Shown piece after piece: positions 58,601 to 64,000 of a stretch of 64,000 bases of DNA (within the stretch, counting starts at the first letter, position 1; the number at the start of each line of letters is the position of its first letter). A model generated the notes under the pieces. That model did no database searches and was not told the DNA's origin. It worked only from the letters and a program-made list of their open reading frames with translations. The position numbers and the translations under genes are program-made. Source of the DNA: Eledone cirrhosa (lineage: Eukaryota); assembly GCA_964016885.1 (NCBI GenBank), contig OZ024743.1:349122001-349186000 (forward strand), read 5' to 3'.

Positions 58601-59593
58601 CATCATTCTGGCAGAGTTTAAAGAAAGCAGTTAGTGTAGTAACATGTGATGCTTGTGCCAACTGATGAGCAGTGATCTCAGTTAAGCACACTCTGCCATT
58701 TTCCAGATGGACTCCCTCCATTTTTTCATCCCCCCCCCCCCTATAGCACACACATATGTGTGTATAAACGCGGACACACGTTAGGTAAAAAATCCCTCCA
58801 ATCACCCCCCTCTCTCCTGGCTCTTTATTTTTTTTTCTCTCTCCCATCTTTTCTCTTTTCTTATTGTCTTTCTCTCCCCATCAGCCTCACTCCCTTTCTC
58901 GTTCTCATCTCCTCTCTTTCTCTCTCTCATCCTCTACAAAATAACGAACAAAAAATAAATAAAATATAAATAACATTGGAAGAGTTAAGAAGTGTGTAAA
59001 AATAATAATTAAATAAAAGTTAACAGGCTGGAAGCTTTCCCTCTCTCTCTTTCATCGTCTTTCTCTCTCATCCCCTTACTCTCTTTCTTTCTCTCTCACA
59101 TCCCCTTATTCTCTCTCTCTCCCATCTTCCACTCTCTCTCTCTTTCCCTCTCATCCCTTACTCTCTTTCTTTCTCTCTCATATCCCTTTACTCTCTCTCT
59201 CCCATCTCCCACTCTCTCTCTCTTTCTCTCTCATCCCTTATTCTCTTTCTTTCTCTCTCACATCCCCTTACTCTCTCTCTCCCATCCACTCACTCTCTCC
59301 CTCTTTCTCTCTCATCCCCTTACTCTCTCTCCCATCTCCCACTCTCTCTCTGTCTCTCTCATCCCCTTACTCTCTCTCTTTCTCTCTCCCATCCCTCACT
59401 CTCTTATCTACAGACTGGAGAACTTACAAAAACAAAATGGATTATCTCTTTTGATGTTCATTAGAAAATAAGATAAATTGAATTCCGAGTGTATAGTGAA
59501 TATGTACATATAATTTTGAGGAGTTTGGTCCGGTAGTTTGCTACTTCTAGGCGGACACACAGAATCGTAAACTTGCATTTATATAGATATAGA
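55665..59593 (-). mobile_element. Internally deleted Helitron (Rep domain not detected, helicase pseudogenised)
   Basis: Minus-strand 3' end tacccgg-gcatca-ccgggta gttcagCTAG|T at 55665. 5' end TCTATATCTATATAAATG at 59593. CT-rich minisatellite at ~59040-59400. Confidence 0.85.
56536..58720 (-). pseudogene. Helitron RepHel PIF1-family helicase, frameshifted
   Basis: VHLENG..TTLTAFFKLCQ, FLIDAPAGT, ALAVASSGIAATLLDGGRTAHSMFKL, DFRQTLPVI, MLLRNLDP..CNGTRL, RLQFPIRLSFAMIINKSQGQSL, FSHGQIYV, TKNVVYPEAL. Confidence 0.93.
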
Positions 59594-59630
59594 CTAGCAG
59601 AAAACCACTCGATGGGCGGTTTTCTGCTAG

Positions 59631-60284
59631 TCTATATATCTAAAACAGAGAATGTCTGTCTGTCTGTATGTCTGTCAGCTCACTAAAACTTGAGAACCAC
59701 CCAACCGATTGTTTTCAAACTTTACACATGTAATACTTAGGGTCTTGTCAGTGTTTCGAGCAAAAAATATTTCAAATTTTCAATGCTCTAGGGACCGCAT
59801 TAGGCGATTTAGCGATCTCTCTCTATAAGTCTTAGTCTTTCTTTTTAGATAGATACATAGATATAACGTTGCGCCCTTATAATATATGTCTGTATGTCTG
59901 CTGTCTGCATTACGTCATTATGACGCGATCAGTGTGTGTGTGTATATATATGTATCGTAATGCAGACAGCAAGACATATAGCTTTCCATCCCCTCTTCCA
60001 GCGTCTCTCTCTCTCCCGCTATCCCCCCTCTTGTAGTCTGTGTCTTTCTTTCACTCTCACTCTCTCTCTACGCGTGCGCAAAAAACATTCGCACGCGCAC
60101 ACGTGTTTTAGCGTCTATTCACTCTCTCCCTCTCTCCCTCCCGCTATCCCCCTCTCGTAGTCTGTCTCTTTCTTTCACTCTCACTCTCTCTCTACGCGTG
60201 CGCAAAAAACATTCGCACGCGCGCACGTGTTTCCACTGTCGGACAGACAGACAGAGAAATTGCTGGTTATATATTATAAGGAGA
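59631..60284. mobile_element. Cluster of Helitron-like 5' ends / MITE-like units
   Basis: TCTATATATCTAAAA+(GTCT)n at 59631 with an inverted counterpart ending at ~59861. CCTTATAATATAT at 59875 is mirrored at 60269-60281. ~95-bp direct repeat at 60013 and 60138. Confidence 0.55.
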
Positions 60285-60444
60285 TATGTTTCTTTATTTA
60301 TAGATAAATATATATGTACATATAAAAATTCATGAATGAATCATAAAGTAATTTATCATCGTATAATGTATAATTTTTTTATCAAATATCTACCTTTCTA
60401 TATATCTACACTCATACGTATGCTTACATAAACATACACCTATG

Positions 60445-63400
60445 TTGACACCTGCCGTAGCGCAGTAAATCGCTTCGACTTCCGCCACCGTTCCAAACGG
60501 AATAACATCTCTCGGGGCGAACTCCTCGCACTCCGCTCCCTTCGTAGCCGGGATGACATCGTCATCAAACCGGCGGATAAGGGAGGCGCCGTGGTAGCGT
60601 GGCTCGCTGACCTCTACACGGCTGAAGCCCTCAGGCAGCTCCGTAACCCCCTCTTCTAACGCCCTCTACCCTCTGACCCCCACACCCCTCTACCAACAAC
60701 AAGTTTCCTCCACCATCAAACACCTGTCTCCTCCTCCATCTCCCCACCGCTTTCCACCTCACCGTCCGCACCGTCCGCACCCCTACTCCACAAACCTGAC
60801 AACCCCGGCCGCCCCATCGTCTTTGCTTGCAACTGCCCCACTGAACTCATCGCCGCCTTTCTTGACTCCATCCCCGCCCCCTCGTCACCACACTCCCCTC
60901 TCACATCTCCGACACCAACCACGCCCTTTGCATGTTCGACTCCTTCACTTTCGCACACGGCCCACATCCCCATCCTCTTCACCCTAGATATCCAGTCCCT
61001 CTATACTATCATCCCCCACGCCGACGGCCTTCGTGCCCTCCGGCATTACCTCGACCTTAGCCCCTCACCCATCCCTCCACCTCCACCCTCCTTCGCCACG
61101 CGGAGCTGGTCCACACTCTGAACTGCTTCTACTTCTCGGGTGACTTTACCAACAGGCCCTGGGGTAGCCATGGGCACAAGAATGGGCCCAAACTATGCCA
61201 ACCTTTTCGTTGGCCACGTTGAGACCCGAATATTTGCCCAGTACACCGGCCCCACGCCCGAACTATACGGTCGTTACATCGACGACTGTATTTGGGCCAC
61301 GACCCTCACCCGAGAACAGCTCGACTCCTTTCTCTCCTACTTCTGCTCCTTCCACCCCTCCCTCCACTTCGCCACCTCTATCTCCACCACCCATGTCCAC
61401 TTCTTAGACATCTCCATCGACCGCTCCCTCGTCACCTCCGCCTTCTTCAAACCCACCTACTCCCACTCCTACCTCGACTCACCCTACACACACTAAAAAC
61501 TCTACTCCCAACTCCTCCGGATCCACCGCCTCTGAAGCCGAGATGCTGACTTTGAGTCCCAAGACCTTTCCCTAGTCAGCCATTTCATCCGGCGAGATTA
61601 CCCCCCTCCTTTGTCCACACCGCCCTCACTCGCGCCCGTGTTGTCCACCGCTCCACCGCCGTCACCCCACGCCACCGCACACCCACCTACCGTCTCCCCT
61701 TCCCAATCACCTACCACCCCTCTACCCTACCCCTCCACCGCACCATCCCCCACCTCTTCCGACGCCTCCCGTCCGACCCCTCCAGTCCGACCCCTCCACT
61801 TCCCCCATATTCCTTTCCCCACCGCTCCCCTCCTTCAAACGCGCACGTAATCTCCACACCCTCATCCTCCACAGCTCCCTACCCCCCAATCCACGCTCTT
61901 CTTCCCCACCCGGTTCACTTCCCTGCTCCAGGCCCCGTTGCCACACCTGCCCCCACATCACCAACACCACCACATTCCATGCTCCCAACGGCCACTCTCT
62001 CTCTGTCCGGCACGCCTTCCGCTGCACCTCCACCAACCTAGTCTATGGACTTCTGAAATCTACGTCGGACAGACTGAACGTCACCTGGCGGACTATTTCA
62101 CGGAACATCTCCGGCATATTCGCCTAAGTGGGAGTTCCCCGATCACCCGCCACTTTCGCTCTCCTGGACATTCCCCCCACCACCTCACAGTCTGTAGCCT
62201 TCTCCAATGCCATGGAACACCCGCCACCCGCCTCACCGTCGAACAACGCACCATCTTCACCCTCCAGACCCACACCCCCCGGCCTGAACTCCCCACACCT
62301 ATTCCTTTAGCCTTCGACCGCCCACCCGATCCACCCTTTCCCCACTAACACCTCTAACACGCCCCCTCCCTCCTTGGCCCATCTCACAACTAACTATACT
62401 AACATCCCCACCCCTCCCCCTAACACGCACACACACACCTTAACATATATACATGCACGCACACTATCCACACACCCTACTACCACCACTAATCCTCACC
62501 CACACATCCACTGCGACCACCCCACAACTAACATCACTAACCTCCCCCCGACCCCACGCACACGAACACACACCATCACACCCACACCTATGTAAACCAC
62601 ACACTCCACACACCCAACCACCACTAACCCCCACTTACACACCCGCTTTCCACCCTTTCCCCACCACATGTAATACTAACACCCACTAACACCCCCTTTA
62701 CCACACACCAACTCATCCAAACACGCACACACACACCAGTACACTACACTCCCTCCTCCGTCCCCAACACTTCTTCTCTTCCTCTCTCTCTCTCTCTCCC
62801 TCTCCCCGCTCCTCCCACACCCCTTCACGCACATACATCTCTCTAACACCTCTACTAATATACACCCCATCACCCCACTTCACCACCTTCCTCATCCACC
62901 TTCACACCTACCCATCCTCTCCCTTGTCCACCGCACCTTCGCACACACACACACACACAGTCCTCACCTCACTCCACCTGTCATCGCTCTACTGTTATCT
63001 CTTCATCCCGCTCTACTGCTATATCTACACCCTGTCTTGACCCTCTGACCACTTCCTGTTGCGCGCGCACCCCACTTCCCTCTACTTCCTACCACCACCA
63101 ACATTGGATTCTACCCCTTCGTTCATCTCTCCAACCATCCATTCCATATCCTGAAAAATATCCAGCACCTCTCCACACATCTGACGGAAATACCTCAGGA
63201 CCTTACCCACGAACATACACTCACACATTTCTTTTCGCACCACGCCACCCACATCCACACCACATATAAACACAAACACACACGTGCGTACCCCCACATA
63301 TACACAACCTCCGGAATCCACACGCCACCTACCCCACCCCTGAGCCTTCTTCTTCCACACGCACGCACACACACTCACATACACCTACACACATACACAA

Positions 63401-63717
63401 ACACCACCTTCAGCCTTCCTCGCTTCCACCCCCCGCCTCCCTCTCCCAATTCCAACCGGCACCACCCGTACACGCCTCACAACCTTCCACCACTTGTCCA
63501 ACTTATTGTTTATTCTTATGTTTATTTTTATTTGTTCTCCTTCCCCCTTTTTTCTAAATGTATTTCCACACACCCTCTGAACTCTCCTCCTAATCGATTT
63601 ACTCCCGAAGGAAGGCTTATGCCGACCCCCCCCCCCACGCACACACACACACTCTCAAAACCGTGAACCTAATAAACCTTTATTTGTCTGCCTCTCTTTT
63701 TTTCCCGTATAAATTTG

Positions 63718-63720
<3 letters not shown>
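60445..63720 (+). mobile_element. Decayed Neptune-type PLE (related to the 38.8-41.8 kb copy) with long C-rich 3' UTR
   Basis: DDIVIKPADKGGAVV, HKPDNPGRPIV, VAMGTRMGPNYANLFVG, YGRYIDDC, FKPTYSHSYL, CSRPRCHTC, IYVGQTERHLADYFTEHLRHIR. AATAAA near 63671 before (TA)n. Confidence 0.88.
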
Positions 63721-63805
<85 letters not shown>

Positions 63806-63904
63806 GTATAGAGATTTCGTATTTCTAAAGAAATACGGTTTTAGGAAGCCGTAGCTATGCAAACACCGGGGGGGGGGGCGGTCTAGCAGAAGCAAGGGGA
63901 CAAC

Positions 63905-63944
63905 CGTCTATGCATTTCAGGCTTGACTGGCCTTCGTCAGGACG
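63905..63944 (-). ncRNA. Minimal type I hammerhead ribozyme
   Basis: CGTC CTGACGA AGGC cagtcaa GCCT GAAA TGCA TA|GACG: all three stems intact, ATGCAT palindromic stem III, AUA site. Probably the pLTR of an element continuing past the window end. Confidence 0.8.
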
Positions 63945-64000
63945 TTCCCTCCCACTGCTTGTTACTGCTGGACTTGAAAACAGTCGAGAATATATGGTTT

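Overview
Repeat-saturated, AT-rich eukaryotic DNA with no recognisable host gene, rRNA, tRNA or CRISPR array. The long (TA)n/(CA)n/(GA)n tracts and the tRNA-headed SINE family suggest an invertebrate, probably an octopus-like cephalopod (inference). Most ORFs in the track are microsatellite translations. Penelope-like retroelements (PLEs) dominate: one nearly intact Neptune-type element (22.76-28.38 kb, RT + GIY-YIG, inverted pLTRs), two decayed Neptune copies and several remnants. Also present are two decayed CRE-like RLE retrotransposons, an RTE-like LINE with a 5' inversion, Helitrons, a Chapaev3-like end, mariner derivatives and SINEs. The layer the ORF track misses is a dense set of type I hammerhead ribozyme (HHR) motifs. 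Four apparently unrelated families carry a compensated U3-A8 core instead of C3-G8. The best candidate for an undescribed system is a retrozyme-like 316-bp tandem array (21.88-22.70 kb) with one HHR per unit. An inverted copy of it is fused, within 1 nt of the ribozyme cleavage site, to the truncated 3' end of a PLE. All structures were read by eye; none were folded or searched computationally.
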